From contig NC_058382.1 of NCBI RefSeq assembly GCF_018350175.1, positions 51,214,001 to 51,278,000 on the forward strand: DNA of 64,000 nucleotides, read 5' to 3'. The stretch's first letter is position 1. Each line of letters starts with the position of its first letter. Origin of the DNA: Felis catus (Eukaryota). The translations under genes were made by a program, and so were the position numbers. Positions 61,660 through 64,000 of the stretch are shown one piece after another. Below the pieces are notes generated by a model. The model did no database searches. It had not been told where the DNA came from and worked only from the letters and a program-made list of their open reading frames with translations.

Positions 61660-64000
61660 AAAAAAAAAAATTCAACTGAATAAAATTTGAAGATCTTATT
61701 GGCTTTATTCAATGATTCCTGAATGGGGCGGCATCCAATCTAGCAGATAGCAAGTTGCCCTGAGATGCTGTACACAGTCAAAGGCTTCTAGGCAGAAGGG
61801 AGCAGGACCGAGGAAGTTCTAGGACAAAAATGCTGGTGGGTTATTGCAGACGCACCTTCCTTCAGGAGATGGCAGGGGTCTATCCGGAGGGTGATCTCAT
61901 TAGTGCTGATTTGTGGCTGTCTTTCTGGTGAGTGCACAATAAGCTCGTACTGATGACTGCGTCAGATATTTCTTTTTTCTTTATTTAAAACAAATTTTTT
62001 TAATATTTATTTATTTTTGAGAGAGACAGCAACAGAATGTGACTGGGTTAGGGGCAGAGAGAGAGGGAGAAACAGAATCCAAAGCAGGCTCCAGGCCCTG
62101 AGCTATCGGCACAGAGCCCGCAGCGGGGCTTGAACCCATGAGCTGTGAGATCATGACCTGAGCTGAACTCTGATGCTGAACCCACTAAGCCACCCAGGCA
62201 CCCCTCGATTTCTTGATTTTACTTCTCTCTCTCTTTTTAATGGACTTTTTTTTTTTTTTTAATTTTTTTTTCAACGTTTATTTATTTTTGGGACAGAGAG
62301 AGACAGAGCATGAACGGGGGAGGGGCAGAGAGAGAGAGGGAGACACAGAATCGGAAACAGGCTCCAGGCTCTGAGCCACCAGCCCAGAGCCTGACGCGGG
62401 GCTCGAACTCCCGGACCGCGAGATCGTGACCTAGCTGAAGTCGGACGCTCAACCGACTGCGCCACCCAGGCGCCCCTCTTTTTAATGGACTTTTGACACC
62501 AGCTTCTGCCAGTTTTCCCAGGATCCCATCTGCAGGCGCTGGAATGAGTGGGGGTGTCCCCGGGGCTCTCATCCTTGTTATCAAAAACTGTAAAGGAGGA
62601 AAAATAATTCTCCCTCTTCCCTTTTGGTGAGTGGCCGAGACCCTTCTTTTTCTACGGTGCCTCGTAAATGGATACGCTCATCTAGGCTAAAAGTTCTCCA
62701 CTATGGCCACTCTAGCCCAAGGTGATCCCTGATACATTTAACCTGCTTGTTTTCAGCCTTAAAACAAAATTATATTCACCTGCAGACTCACACCGGCTCA
62801 GAGTCGGAAGCTGTTAGCTTTTTAAGTCGGACCTGGCTCAATCCGTGGCCCGTTCCGGTTCCGGCCGCGGTCTGGAAAAAGAGGTGCTCCCATAGTCTGA
62901 AAGCTCCGAACACCAAGTCCGTGGAGCCAGGACCCGGGATGTGAGAGGAACGACCCCCCACCTCCAGACGCCCAGGAGCAGGGAGCTCCAGGGAGCCCGC
63001 AGGTAGGATCTCGCCCGGTCACTCTGGCCCCTGGGGGATGGCAGGGTCTCCTTTGGCTCCTTCTCTGACACCAGAACGGTTGAAAGGTAAACTGAGGCCC
63101 ATTAAAGAGTTTAAGAGTTTATCTGCACAAAAGTGGATTCGAATCCGGCAGCATTCAGTTCAGTGGATAGAAAGGCGCTCCGAGGAGCGGGAACAGTGAA
63201 GGAGCCTACGGGCAGCCTGGAGCGCGAGCAAAGAAGTTTTCTAGGCAGAAAAGGGCTGGTTACTGCAGAGTTCTTTTCCTTTAGGGAGGAGCGGGTGGGC
63301 GGGGCGTCCAGCCGGTAGGTCACGCGTGGCGGGCTGATCCGGTGATTGATGGACCGGTTTAAGTCTACTTCTGAGAGATCCCAAAGTGTAACTAAGTGAA
63401 GTGTCAGTTTCGTGACCCGGGGCTTGGCATAGTGATTCCATTTGGGGCCTAGTGTCTTGTTTGTAACAAAGGGTGGGGGCATTATCCTTGTTAAAAAGAC
63501 GGGGTGCAGGCGACGTGCTGGCATTTGAAGGGCCAGATGCAGTTTTCTTTATACATTGTCACACGCGTGTGGGTTCCAAGTGCTTCTGCGGACCTTGTGA
63601 GAAATCCCACTTGCTGGTTACTGCTTTCCTTCTGCACCAGAAATAAGTTCTTGTTACCCATCAGTGCTTAAAATACTGCTTTCATTGAGGAAGGAGCTCC
63701 CATCAAATGGAGCTCTTCCCTCTTGAAAGAAGCCTCAGAAACTGGAGCGTCCCTGGGCGCACAAACCCGCTTGGGTCCGCTAGAGCTCGTGTTCCTTCTC
63801 TTTGACTCAGTTCCTTAGGAAATCTGAGTACCTTTTGAGTGGACACTGTGGGCCCCGGACGCACGTGGTAAAGACTTGACAAACTTGTCATTGTTATCTT
63901 TTAGCCTCTGGCCAAAAAAGAGTGTGGAGGAACTGACAAAAGGTTCCACTCCTGTCCTGTTGGTAAACTCGAGATGGTTTGCTTTTGTGTACAGGCTTCT
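61660..64000 (-). mobile_element. ERV1-like relic (LTR-like ~61660-61960, degenerate gag/leader 62480-64000) with two nested Can-SINEs (61995-62204, 62246-62476)
   Basis: Minus-strand DHLGLEWP*WRTFSLDERIHLRG at ~62630-62728 resembles the class I gag matrix WPxxGTF motif; SINE TSD ctctttttaatggacttt. Confidence 0.6.

Overview
Mammalian genomic DNA, almost certainly felid (dense carnivore Can-SINEs of the feline type, plus L1, MLT1, MIR and L2 relics). The right half holds two intact plus-strand genes in the arrangement known from human 16q23. MON1B has 5 coding exons (37541-44175, 551 aa). SYCE1L has 12 coding exons (45281-57953, 273 aa) and includes an 84-nt exon that matches the paralog SYCE1 but is missing from the human SYCE1L protein as I recall it. 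The left 36 kb has no intact gene that I could build, but it is not just repeats. It holds at least six diverged copies (five minus-strand, one inverted) of an unidentified multi-exon gene. The copies share splice sites, peptide motifs (IKATEG-FEFIY, GxxEPL, WxHC, LNFNxC) and, in two copies, a Pro-rich 6-aa-repeat region. All copies look disrupted, and the most complete one lies head-to-head with the MON1B promoter. MON1B also has an overlapping alternative reading frame of 118-131 codons opened by upstream ATGs. An ERV1-like relic ends the window. All comparisons were made by eye and human protein sequences are from memory.
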